Below, piece after piece: positions 21,490 to 31,015 of a stretch of DNA of 64,000 nt (position 1 is its first letter; each line of letters opens with the position of its first letter). A program made the position numbers and the translations under genes. The stretch covers positions 13,416 through 77,415 of the forward strand of contig CAWFIJ010000017.1 of NCBI GenBank assembly GCA_963815855.1, read 5' to 3'. Source of the stretch: Terriglobia bacterium (lineage in GTDB: Bacteria > Acidobacteriota > Terriglobia > Bryobacterales > Bryobacteraceae). Under the pieces are notes generated by a model, which did no database searches, was not told the origin of the DNA, and saw only the letters and a program-made list of their open reading frames with translations.

Positions 21490-22209
21490 CTACTTCTCCA
21501 ACCGGTCCACCGCGTCCACCACCACTTCGATGCTTTTCAGGTAGGCGTCCAGCAGGCTCACCGGATCCACTTCCCGCGGCTTGACTTTCTCCTCGCGAAT
21601 ATCCAGCAGGCGCTCGAAGGGCAGCGCCTCGGCCCCGAGCAGCGCCGCCACCGCCTGCACCACTTCACGCTTGCGGGTGGGCGGCTCCACGGCATGCAGC
21701 GCCAGCGCGTGCCGGAAGAGCACGCAAAAAGTGGAAACCGAATCCGCCAGGAGGCGCCGCAACTGGTCCGGCTCGCTCAGCATGCCCGCCGCCTTCTGCC
21801 GCAGCCGCAACAGCTTGGCCCGCAGGTCGTGCTCCACCTGCGCGCGGTAGAAGGAATCGTCCACCACCAGCGGCGCGATCACGTCCTTGCCGAACAGCAG
21901 GCGGTGGTGCTTCTGAATATCGTGGAATTCAATGGCGAAGCAGTCGGTGGAATTGGCCACTTCGCTCTCGGTGAGCAGCAGCGGCGACGGGCTGCCCTGC
22001 TCCCGCCACCAGCGGAAAATGGCCTCGCTCGCGGCCAGTTCCCGGCGTGTGATTTCGCGCAGCACGCACAGCACGTTGTAATCGGAGAATTTGGGATGGT
22101 GGTCGCCGGACGCCGCCGATCCGTACAGCACCACCGCCACCAGCCGTTCGCCGAAGGCCTGCTGCAGTTTCTCCACCAGCTGTTTCAGCAACTGCTCCGT
22201 GTTCCGCAT
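21490..22209 (-). CDS. Nucleotidyltransferase-domain protein with helical C-terminal domain (KNTase-like)
   Basis: Internal start MRNTEQ at 22209 in ORF 21490..22611. The motif LYGSAASGDHHPKFSDYNVLCVL is the Pol-beta NTase GS...D-x-[DN] pattern. Its ATG overlaps the TPM gene stop (ATGA). Confidence 0.7.
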   Translation of the reverse strand: MRNTEQLLKQLVEKLQQAFGERLVAVVLYGSAASGDHHPKFSDYNVLCVLREITRRELAASEAIFRWWREQGSPSPLLLTESEVANSTDCFAIEFHDIQKHHRLLFGKDVIAPLVVDDSFYRAQVEHDLRAKLLRLRQKAAGMLSEPDQLRRLLADSVSTFCVLFRHALALHAVEPPTRKREVVQAVAALLGAEALPFERLLDIREEKVKPREVDPVSLLDAYLKSIEVVVDAVDRLEK

Positions 22210-22996
22210 CACCAGTCGCTTGAAGCGCCTCCGCCCCCGAAATCGCCGCCACCGAACCCGCCGAAACTGTCGCCCGAATCGTAACCGCCGAACCCGCCGC
22301 TCGACCGTCCGCCCCAACTGGAGCGCCCCATCATGTTCCCCAAAATCAGCCAGGGCAGGATTCCGCCGCCGCCCCCTCCGCCATACCCGCGGGGAGCGCC
22401 GGAAGAGAGCAGCCAGACCAGCAGCAGCCCGCCGCCCACCAGCACCGGCCACGGCAGCCAGTCTCCCGTCTCCGGCCGCGTTTTCCGCGGCAGGGTGGCA
22501 TCGATTTTGACGTCGCCGCGCTTTGGCCACCGTCTGCCCGATGGTTTCCGCCGCGGCCATCAGCGCCTCGCCGTATTGCCCGCGCCGCAGGGCCGGGCGC
22601 ATTTCACTCAAAATCGTTGCCCGTCAGCGAATCCGGCAGCACCGATTCCAGCCCCGATCCCACTTCCAGCCGCGAGCGCCGGTCCTGAATGGCCAGCAGC
22701 AGCAGGATGCCGTCGTTCTGCCCCTTTTGTCCCACGCCCCACGCGCGCGCCAGTTCGTAGGCCACGTCCTCGATCGGCTCGCCTTCAAGCGAAGGAACGG
22801 TCACCAGCGCGATCTGCGCGTGCGTGGCGCGCTCCACCGCCGCGCCATAATTCTCCAATTGGCTGCGGCTGGCCGGGTCGATGACGTTGGCGAAATCGCT
22901 CACGTATCCCTGCGGCTTGTATGCCGTCCAATCCACGGCCCACGCTGCCGCGGCGCATACCAGCAGCCCCACGGCAAACCCGCGCCAATTCTTCAT
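22209..22996 (-). pseudogene. TPM-domain (YgcG-like) protein with TM and Gly-rich tail, frame-interrupted
   Basis: MKNWRGFAVGLLVCAAAAWA...YVSDFANVIDP...IALVTVPSLEG...GILLLLAIQDRRSRLEVGSGLE in ORF 22604..23017. The TM segment and GGGGGG...GGFGGGDFGGGGASSDW tail are in ORF 22209..22445. Confidence 0.7.
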
Positions 22997-23017
22997 TGAT
23001 TTTTCAGTGTAGCGCAA

Positions 23018-23163
23018 GGGGGGCCGGGGGCCGGGGATCAGGGGCCGGGGAGGAGCGCGGTATCGAGCGCGTGCGCGTTGTTCTGTTTGCGGGATGCCCC
23101 GGCCGACGGGCCGGTGAATGACGCCGGGCGCGTCCCCGGCCCTGGCCCCCGGCCCCCGGCCCC
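23018..23163. repeat. G-rich/C-rich inverted repeat bracketing a divergent intergenic region
   Basis: GGGGGGCCGGGGGCCGGGGATCAGGGGCCGGGG (23018-23050) against CCCCGGCCCTGGCCCCCGGCCCCCGGCCCC (23134-23163). Lies between the TPM start (22996, -) and the SDR start (23185, +). Confidence 0.7.
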
Positions 23164-23184
23164 TAAGCGGTACGATGGTCCTTC

Positions 23185-23964
23185 ATGCCCGAACCCTCGC
23201 TCTTTTCTCTCGACGGCGAAGTGGCCCTGGTGATCGGGGGCGGCGGGGTGCTGGCGGGCGCCATGGCGGAAGGACTGGCCGAGGCCGGCGCCCGCATCGC
23301 CATCGCCGGGCGCACCCGCGAGCACGCCGAAGCCCGCGCATTGCGCGTCGCCGACTCAGGGCCATGACGCCGCCGGCTTCCAGTGCGATGCCACCCGCAA
23401 AGCCGATCTCGAAAGCCTGCGCGAGGCCGTGCTCGAGCGCTTCGGGGCCGGGTCGATATCCTCATCAACGCCGCCGGCGTCAACTCCGCCACGCCGTTTT
23501 TCGACATTACCGAAGAGGAGTGGCAACGCATCCTCGATATCGACCTGAAGAGCGTTTTCCTCGCCTGCCAGGTTTTCGGTAAGGCCATGGTGGATGCCGG
23601 CCGCGGCGGGTCCATCATCAATCTCAGCTCGGCATCTTCCGGCCCGCCGCTCTCCAAGGTTTTCACCTACAGCATCGCCAAGGCCGGCGTCAACCAGATC
23701 ACGCACTTCCTGGCGCGGGAGTTGGCGCCCCACAACATCCGCGTCAACGCCATCCTCCCGGGCTTCTTTCCCGCCGAGCAGAACCGCCGGGTGCTTACGC
23801 CCGAACGCGTGGCCAGCATCCTCGGCCACACGCCCATGGGCCGCTTCGGCGAAGCCGCCGAACTGGTGGGCGCAACCGTCTATCTGGCTTCCCGCCGCGC
23901 TTCCGGCTTCGTCACCGGCGCAATCCTGAACGTGGACGGCGGTTTCATGGCAATGTCGATTTGA
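23185..23964 (+). pseudogene. SDR-family oxidoreductase, frame-interrupted
   Basis: [30 protein letters not shown] in ORF 23185..23367. [35 protein letters not shown] and PGFFPAEQN in ORF 23383..23964. Confidence 0.8.
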
Positions 23965-23975
23965 CCTGCACCAAA

Positions 23976-24043
23976 CAGAGCCGCGACCGTAAGGGAGCGT
24001 ACTCATGAGCTGCGCGCACCGCTCCCTCACGGCCGCGGCTCCG
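23976..24043. repeat. REP2 palindrome (two arms)
   Basis: CAGAGCCGCGACCGTAAGGGAGCG (23976-23999), a 20-nt loop, then CGCTCCCTCACGGCCGCGGCTCCG (24020-24043). Confidence 0.75.
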
Positions 24044-24058
24044 AACGAAGGCGCATAA

Positions 24059-25576
24059 ATGTCCCGCCGCTGGCTCGCCGTCATCTGGGCGTGCGCGCTG
24101 GCCCGCCTGCTCTTCTACGCCGCCATGCTGCCGCTGTGGGAAGGGTACGACGAATGGTCGCACTTCTCCGTGGTGCGCGCCGTAGCTTCCGGCCAACTGC
24201 TGCCCCCGCGCGACGCCCCCGTCCCGCCCGATGTCCAGGCCTCTCTCCGGGCCGTGCCCGTCCCCTGGGAACTGCGCTATCTTCCTCCGCCCGCGCAATC
24301 GCACGATGATTTCTGGCGCCACGGCGGTTCCCCGACCCCGGGCCCCTGGCCCCCGGCCCCCAGGCTGACGGCGTACGAATCCCTGCAAGCTCCCCTCTAC
24401 TACTGGCTGATGGCGCCCGTGCTGCGCATGGTGGGCGGCTGCTCGCTGGCTACCCAGGTGCTCACCCTGCGCTTCGCCGCGGTGCTGATTGCGTCTTTCA
24501 CCATCCCGCTCATCTTCGCCCTGGCGCTCGCAATCTTCGCCGACGCCCGGCTGGCGCTCGGCTGCGCCGCCGTGGCTGCCCTCATGCCGGGATTCGCCTT
24601 CGATGTCGCCCGTGTCGCCAACGCCTGCCTCGCCGTCCTCCTCTTCACCGCATTTCTTTTGCTCGCCGCAAGGCGGAAGACCGGAGTGGGGCAGACCGTC
24701 GTTTTTCGCGGTCTGCCAACCTGGCTAGCCGCCGGTGTCATCCTCGGCCTCGGCCTGCTCACCAAGGCCTATTTTCTGGCGGCGCTGGTGGCCGCGCTAT
24801 GGATTCCCCGCGCCGCGCTGGTGGGCCTGGCGATTTCCGGCTGGTGGTATGCCCGCAATCTCCTGACCACCGGAACCCTCACCGGCCTCAGCGAATCCGT
24901 GATGCTGCGCCACACCGGCCCCGGCGTGCTGCTTCACAATGCCTTCGCCCTTCCCTGGCGAACCGCCATCGATTCCATCCTGCTTTCGCACCTTTACTTC
25001 GGCGGCTGGAGCTCGCTGACGGTCCGCTCCTGGATGTACCACGTCTTTTATGTGGTGACCCTCGCCGCCGCCGTGGGCTGCCTGTTCGCGCTCCGCGGCA
25101 ACCCGCGCCTGCTGCGCCTGGCGATTGTGTACGCCGCCTTCTGGCTGGGCCAGCTTTACAACGTGGTGCTGATTTACTCCAGCAAGGGCGTGCCCACTTC
25201 CATGGGCTGGTATCTCTACGCGGTAATCGGCGCGGAAGTGGTGCTGGCGGTGGGCGGCCTGCGGCGCATCCTCGGCTTATGGGCGCCGGCGGTGGGCGCG
25301 GCGCTGTTCGCCCTGCTCGATCTCTACGCCACCCACTTCGTGGCCATTCCCTATTACACCGGCTTCATTCGCCACCGGCCGAATGGCGCGCTCGAATCGC
25401 TGCACCTTTCGGCCATCCGTCCCGGCCTGATGTTCACGCGGCTGGCCGCCTTCAAAGCGCCGCTGGTTTCGCCGGGGGTCATGATCGCGCTCTGGGCGCT
25501 GTACCTGGCCGCCACCGTGGCCGCCGTGGCGGCGTGCATCCGGTTCGCCCTCTACCCGCACCCTGAAAAACAATAG
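24059..25576 (+). CDS. Polytopic integral membrane protein (DUF2142/ArnT-like, putative glycosyltransferase)
   Basis: Intact 505-aa ORF with more than 10 hydrophobic segments. The N-terminal motif is LPLWEGYDEWSHFSVV. Family assignment is tentative. Confidence 0.55.
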   Translation: MSRRWLAVIWACALARLLFYAAMLPLWEGYDEWSHFSVVRAVASGQLLPPRDAPVPPDVQASLRAVPVPWELRYLPPPAQSHDDFWRHGGSPTPGPWPPAPRLTAYESLQAPLYYWLMAPVLRMVGGCSLATQVLTLRFAAVLIASFTIPLIFALALAIFADARLALGCAAVAALMPGFAFDVARVANACLAVLLFTAFLLLAARRKTGVGQTVVFRGLPTWLAAGVILGLGLLTKAYFLAALVAALWIPRAALVGLAISGWWYARNLLTTGTLTGLSESVMLRHTGPGVLLHNAFALPWRTAIDSILLSHLYFGGWSSLTVRSWMYHVFYVVTLAAAVGCLFALRGNPRLLRLAIVYAAFWLGQLYNVVLIYSSKGVPTSMGWYLYAVIGAEVVLAVGGLRRILGLWAPAVGAALFALLDLYATHFVAIPYYTGFIRHRPNGALESLHLSAIRPGLMFTRLAAFKAPLVSPGVMIALWALYLAATVAAVAACIRFALYPHPEKQ

Positions 25577-25595
25577 CCCGCAGTGCCGCGCGCCT

Positions 25596-26915
25596 CTACA
25601 CCTTCTCCGGCACCACGAACGGCTTGCGGTATTCGCGCGTGAACATGCGGTTGGCTTCGGCGTCGCCCTTGCACGGAATAGGTGGCTTCGTCGAAATGCA
25701 GGGTGCGGCCCAGCCGGTAGGAGATGTTGGCCAGGTGCACCAGCGCTGGTGGAGATGGCGCCTTCTTCGATCTCGGCGTGCAGCGATTCGCGCTTGCGGC
25801 TGCGCACCGCCTCGATGAAGTTCAAATAGTGGTCGCCGCCGGCCTTGCCCTGCGGCCCCGGCTCTTCCGGCCACCCGCCCTTGGGGTCCTTCGTGCCCAG
25901 CCAGGTCTTGTATGACGCGTAGCTGTCCACGGCCAGGTAGCCCTTGGAGCCGTAGAAGAGGTTGCCGATGGCGTTGTTGCCGCGCTCGCGGATGGTGGCT
26001 TCGCGGTTCGACATCCAGTGGCGCACTTCGAACTCCATCATCTTGCGCTTGCCGTTGTCGTCGAATTCGAAGGCGCAGTTCAGCGTGTTGGGCGTCTCCT
26101 GGTCGTCGTCGAACATGAAGTGGCCGCCCATGGCGCTGACCTTCATCGGGATACTTCACGCCCAGGCCCCAGCGCGCGATGTCCACCTCGTGGATGCCCT
26201 GGTTGCCCAGGTCGCCGTTGCCGGTGTCCCAGAACCAGTGCCAGTTGTAGTGGAAGCGGTTCTTGCGTGAACTGGTGCATGGGCGCAGGGCCGGTCCACA
26301 GGTCGTAATCCACGCCGGCGGGCACCGGCTCGACGGGCGTGCGGCCGATGGTGTCGCGCCACTTGAAGCACAGCCCGCGCGCCAGGTAGACGTCGCCGAT
26401 CAGCCCCTCGCGCATCTTCTGCACGGCTTCCTGCACCGCCACCGAGGAGCGGATCTGGCTGCCCTGCTGCACCATGCGGTTGTACTTGCGCGCCGCCGCC
26501 ACAATCTGTTTGCGCTTCGAAAATATTGTGCGAGCACGGCTTTTCCACGTACACGTCCTTGCCCGCCTGGCAGCGCCCAGATGGTCATCAGCGTGTGCCA
26601 GTGGTTGGGCGTGGCGATGGAGATCGCGTCGATGGATTTGTCTTCCAGCAGCTTGCGGATGTCCGTGTAGGTTTGCGGCTTGGGCTTGCCCAGGCTTTCG
26701 AGTCTGTTTCAGCCCGTTGGCGACGTGCGAATCGTCCACATCGCAGATCGCCGCGATCTCCACATTGTCCAGGTTGCTGTAGCCGCGGATGTGGTCCCGG
26801 CCGCGGCCGCCGATGCCGATGCAGGCAACGCGCACCGGTCGCTGGCCGCGCCGAACGCGGAAGAAGCGGCGCCCAGAGCCGCCGCCGAACCCATCAAGAA
26901 CTGCCGTCGATCCAT
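25596..26915 (-). pseudogene. Gfo/Idh/MocA-family oxidoreductase with Tat-type signal, heavily frame-interrupted
   Basis: MDRRQFLMGSAAALGAA (26915), VACIGIGGRGRDHI, ATPNHWH, YVEKPCSHNIFE, FHYNWHWFWDTGNGDLGNQGIHEVDIARW (my own reading) and the final KPFVVPEKV are spread over at least 6 frames or ORFs. Confidence 0.75.
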
Positions 26916-27100
26916 GGGAACTCCTTCAGGCTTAGATTTCCTTACTGTATAATAATCCGGATCCGCAGGGGTTGGAGGCGAAAGGTCAGCTCACCACGTT
27001 GACCGGTTTGCCCGCCAGGAACGCGGCCGGGTTGTCCACCGCCAGTTGCATCAGGCGCGCCCGCGCCTCGCCGCTCCTGCCCGTGGGGATTCCGCGCGCT

Positions 27101-27155
27101 CCGCACGGATGCCGGCACGAATGCCGGCATGGCCGGCTGGAAGCCGGCGCTACGG
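27101..27155. repeat. REP1 repeat (short copy)
   Basis: CCGCACGG-ATGCCGGCA-CGA-ATGCCGGCAT-GGCCGGC/TGGAA/GCCGGC-GCTACGG. The terminal CTA (27150-27152) is the PPTase stop codon on the minus strand. Confidence 0.6.
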
Positions 27156-27731
27156 GAAATCGTGCATCGCCACGCGCATGCCTTCGCGCGGCGCGGCGGC
27201 GGCGGCGGCATAGCCGGGCGCGGCGTCCAGCTCCGCAATCGTCCACGGCCCGACGATCTCCGTGCCGGCCGCGTAGATCCCGATGCCGCGCGCTTTCACC
27301 ACGGCCTCGATGCGCGTCCAGCGGCGGAAAAAATCCGGCTCGCTCTCCACCTCCGCCGCCTGGGACGGCGGAAAGAAGCGCTCCGCCAAAGCGGCGTATT
27401 CGGGCATGGGGCGGATCCATTCCACGTCCACGCCGACTTCCACCTCCAGCGCCACGGCCACCAGCGCCATTTCGTGCGAGTGAGACAGGTTGAATTTCAG
27501 GTGCGGCGCGGCGGGCAGAAACGGCTTGCCCATCTCCGCGACGGCGAAGTCCAGGCGGGCGTCCGTCATTCCGCCGAGGATTGCACGCAGAGCGGCGTGC
27601 GAGCGCAGGTAGCGCCGCCGCAGGTCGGGGGTGGCGAAGCGCGCCGCGCGCGCCGCTTCCCCCGCGGTAGGCTCCGGCGTTTCCGCCGCGTCCAGCCGCA
27701 CGCGCCAGACATGGATTTCGCCTTCGTTCAC
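27150..27731 (-). CDS. 4'-phosphopantetheinyl transferase, Sfp/EntD type
   Basis: C-terminal part of ORF 27150..28400: GEIHVWRVRLD...GKPFL...KFNLSHSHEMALVAVA...GVDVEWI...FFRRWTRIEAVVKARG. Its GTG start overlaps the TE stop (GTGA at 27728-27731). Confidence 0.75.
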   Translation of the reverse strand: MNEGEIHVWRVRLDAAETPEPTAGEAARAARFATPDLRRRYLRSHAALRAILGGMTDARLDFAVAEMGKPFLPAAPHLKFNLSHSHEMALVAVALEVEVGVDVEWIRPMPEYAALAERFFPPSQAAEVESEPDFFRRWTRIEAVVKARGIGIYAAGTEIVGPWTIAELDAAPGYAAAAAAPREGMRVAMHDFP

Positions 27732-28470
27732 GCCGCGTCGGCCTCCAGCGCGCGACGAAACTCCGCCGCGCTCTCGCGCCAATAAAAGTGGCCGCCGGCG
27801 AACAGGCGCACGGCGAACGAAGCGGTGGTCTCGCCGGCGCCAGGCTTCCAGGTGATGCGGCAGAATGTCGGGATCGCCGCTGCCGCCATAGGCGCGGATG
27901 GGGCAGGCGAGCGGAGCGTCGTCCCGGTAGGCGTAGTAGCTGTAGAGATTGGTGTCCGCCCGCAGCGCCGGCAGCACCGCGCCGGCCAGCTCCGGGGCGA
28001 TGTTGAGCTGCTCCAGCAATTCGCCGTCTGATGCCGGCGGCGGCGGCACGTGGCCGCGGCGGAACTGCGGCGCGCGCGCGGCCGAGGCGATCAGGATGCG
28101 CGGCAGCGGCAGGCCGCGCCGCCGCAGCGCCCGCGCCAGCTCGAACGCCACCACCGCGCCCATGCTGTGGCCGAAGAACGCAAAACGGCTCGGCGGCGTA
28201 CGGCTCGATGGCCGCGGCCAGTGCTTCCACCAGCGGCTCCATGCGCTCGAAGGGCGCTTCCAGCAAGGCGCGATTCGCGGCCGGGCAGGCGCACCGGGAT
28301 GTGGGGCAGATCGAGCGCCTGTCCCGCGAGCGTGCCGCCGCCCGCGTGCGGGAACCAGAACAGGCGGGGCGCGGAGACCCGATCGATTCCCGGGAACCAC
28401 GCCGCCGCGTGCGCCCGCTGGCGCAGCCGCAGCCCGAGCAGCCGCCGTTTTTCGGGCGAGAGGGCCGATA
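27728..28470 (-). pseudogene. Type-II thioesterase (alpha/beta hydrolase), frame-interrupted, 5' end unresolved
   Basis: WFPGIDRVSAPRLFWFPHAGGG (ORF 28091..28975), FAFFGHSMGAVVAFELA and LRADTNLYSYYAY (ORF 27150..28400). My own reading of the tail FAGGHFYWRESAAEFRRALEADAA ends at TGA 27728-27730. Confidence 0.7.
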
Positions 28471-28479
28471 ACCCTTTAT

Positions 28480-28548
28480 CAGAGCCGCGACCGTCGGGGA
28501 GCGGTTCATTCGGGCTCTCTGTGTCGCTCCCTGACGGTCGCGGCTCTG
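28480..28548. repeat. REP2 palindrome (two arms) inside an open frame
   Basis: CAGAGCCGCGACCGTCGGGGAGCG (28480-28503), a loop, then CGCTCCCTGACGGTCGCGGCTCTG (28525-28548). Confidence 0.75.
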
Positions 28549-28550
28549 GT

Positions 28551-29728
28551 TCAGGCCTGCGTAGACATTCCTCCAGCAGCTTTTCGAACGGCTCTACGCT
28601 CAGGTGGCTGCGTAGTCGAGCGCGGCCCGCCGCGATGCCCGTGCGATCTCTTCGTAATGGGCGCGTTCCGTAAGCAGCCGCGCCAGCGCCTCGCGCCACG
28701 GGCCGATATCCTGCGGCGGCACTTCCGCCACCGGCACCATCTGCTCGTCCACCTCCGGCCGGTATCGTTCGATGCGGCTGCACCGGCAGCAGATAGGGCA
28801 CGCCCATCTTGGCCTCCGGGATGCCGCCCACGTTCGCGGCCATCACCGGCACGCCGCGCAGCATGGCCTCCAGCACGATGCGCGAACGCGCCTCGGCCCA
28901 CAGCGAAGGCACCAGCAGCACGCGCGTGCGGGCGAACAGCAGGTTGATATCGTCCACCGGGTGGAGCAGGCGCACGTTGGGCCGCGCCGCGCAGCGCGGC
29001 GCGGTCGCGCCGGTTGGTGCCCCAGCCGGTCACGGCGGCGAACGCGGTTGCGGGGAACGCATCGGCCAGCGCCAGGAAGATGTCGATGCCTTTTACCGCG
29101 CAGGGGTTGACCATGGTGACGAACTCGTTGTCGAAGCGCCCCAGCTCCGGCCATGCCTCCGGCTCCAGCAGCGAGATGGGCACGTGCACGGCATCGATGC
29201 GCGGCATAGCGGCGGCAGTAATCGGCCACGTATTGGCTGACGCCCACCACGCGGTCGCAGGCGCGAATGCGGGCGGTTTTGGCTTCGCTCGGAAAGGCGC
29301 AATCGGGGCCGAACGGAAGGGCCAGGGTGGCCCGCGCCAGGTAGACGACGCGCGCGCGCGGGCTGCCGCAGCGCCGCTTCCAGCAGAAGCTGCGCGGGAT
29401 CGTCGGTGGAAGCCAGGATCACGTCCGGGTGGAATTCCTCCGCCTGCGCGGCGAAGTAGGCGCGCGGGTTGGCGTTCGTGACCACGTGCACGTCCACGCC
29501 GTTGCGCGCGAAGCGCACCACGCCGGCCGCTGCTTCCGGCGCAACGCCGCGGGCCGCCAGTTCCGCCAGGTACTGCCGCTCTTCGCGCTCTCCGAAGACG
29601 CTGATGCGCGCCACCGCGCGGCATTCGTGCCCGCGCGCGGCCAGCGCTTCCATCAGCAGGCGGTTGGATTTATCGCCGCCGCCGTGGGCCGGATAGTAGA
29701 GCGAATTTTGCGCCAGCAGGATGCGCAT
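28551..29728 (-). pseudogene. GT4-family glycosyltransferase A, frame-interrupted
   Basis: MRILLAQNSLYYPAHGGGDKSNRLLMEALAARGHE (29728). VTMVNPCAVKGIDIFLALA (ORF 28551..29624). VPSLWAEARSRIVLEAMLRGVPVMAANVGGIPEAK (ORF 28091..28975). The 3' end is ambiguous, see findings. Confidence 0.7.
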
Positions 29729-29758
29729 GGGTCACGTAGCAATGGCGCGCAGTGCGTT

Positions 29759-31012
29759 TCAGGCGGTTGCTGGCCGCAGGCCGTTGCCGCGCAGGAGCGC
29801 GCGCTTCTCCGGGCGTAGAGCGGATTTCGCATCGGTGCGCGCTACGATCCTCCGGCGGCGCGCTCGCGCGGCGCGTCTCGGCGAAGCGATCGAGGTCGGC
29901 CAGGCCAGGAAACGCGCTCCGATAGCTCGCCGGCGCATCCAGCCCGCTCGACGAACGCCAGCGCCGCCGCGCGCGAGGCCGCCGATTCGCGCTCGTACGC
30001 GGCGCGATCGCCAGCAGCTCTTCGCATGGCCTCCACCCACGGCGCGATGTCGTTCTCGCGGCACCACCGGCTGCGGCATGGCGTGCTCGTCGAACACCGG
30101 CAGGTAGCGCTCGATGGTGCGCACCGGAATCACGTAGCCGGTGCCGCGCTTGGCTTCGTGCAGTCCGCCGGAATCGCTGGCCACCACCGGGATGCCGCGC
30201 AGCATGGCCTCCATCACGATCAGGCCGAAGCCTTCGTACCACAGCGAGGGCATCAGCAGCATGCGCGTCTGCGCCAGCAGTTCGTCGATCTGGCGCGCGT
30301 TGGGCGAGCAGGCGGACGTTGGGCAGGCGCGCCAGCGCGCGCGCGGTCCTCCGCGGTGGTGCCCCATCCCGGCACGGCGGCGAACGGCGCGCGCGGGCAG
30401 GCGCTCGGCCAGGCGCAGAAAAATAGCGATGCCCTTCACCGCGCAGGGATTGATCATGGTGACGAGCGCCGCGCTCGAAGTTGCCGAAATTGCGGGAACG
30501 GGCCGGGGCCGTAAATGGGCGGATGAATCACCAGCGGCGCGGCCGGCCCAGAGTCGCGCTCGATATATTCCGCCATGTGCCGGCCGATGGCGACGATGCC
30601 GGCCGACGCGCGCCACCAGTTCGGCGGCGTGCGGGTCGGGATTCCAGCTGGCCGGGCCGAAGGGAAAAAACTGCGGCGTGTGCGCCAGGTAGACCACGCG
30701 CCCCGGCGCCGCGTGGTGCGCTTCGCGCAGCAGGCCGTGGCCGAGGTCCTCGGAGGAGACCAGCACCCAATCGGGCTGGAATTCGCGGATCTCGCGCCGC
30801 AGCGTCTGCACGCGGCGCGCCGGGTCCTCCACCGGCAGCACCGCGATGGAAGGGTGGATGCGCCAGTTCGGCGGCGGGCGCGGACGGGCCGCAGACCACG
30901 CGGCAGCTGGTGGCCGGCGCGCGCCAGGTGATCCAGCCAGATCGAGATTGCTGCGCGTGGCTCCGCCGCGCGGCGGCGCGTAGGAGGCGTTGGCCGTCAG
31001 CAGGATGCGCAT
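29759..31012 (-). pseudogene. GT4-family glycosyltransferase B (paralog of A), frame-interrupted
   Basis: MRILLTANASYAPPRGGATRSN, VTMINPCAVKGIAIFLRLA, MPSLWYEGFGLIVMEAMLRGIPVVASDSGGLHEAK in ORF 29759..31012, with hops into 29670..30242. Its ATG lies 4 nt after the PCP stop. Confidence 0.7.
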
Positions 31013-31015
31013 CGG

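Noticed and set aside
21490-22209. A possible HEPN-type Rx4-6H motif (FRHALALH) in the C-terminal domain of the NTase, which would suggest a fused MNT-HEPN toxin-antitoxin-like protein.
   Set aside because: A single short motif match in a helical region is weak evidence. The overall layout also fits ordinary KNTase-like two-domain nucleotidyltransferases. I have not called it a defence or TA element without a profile or structure comparison.
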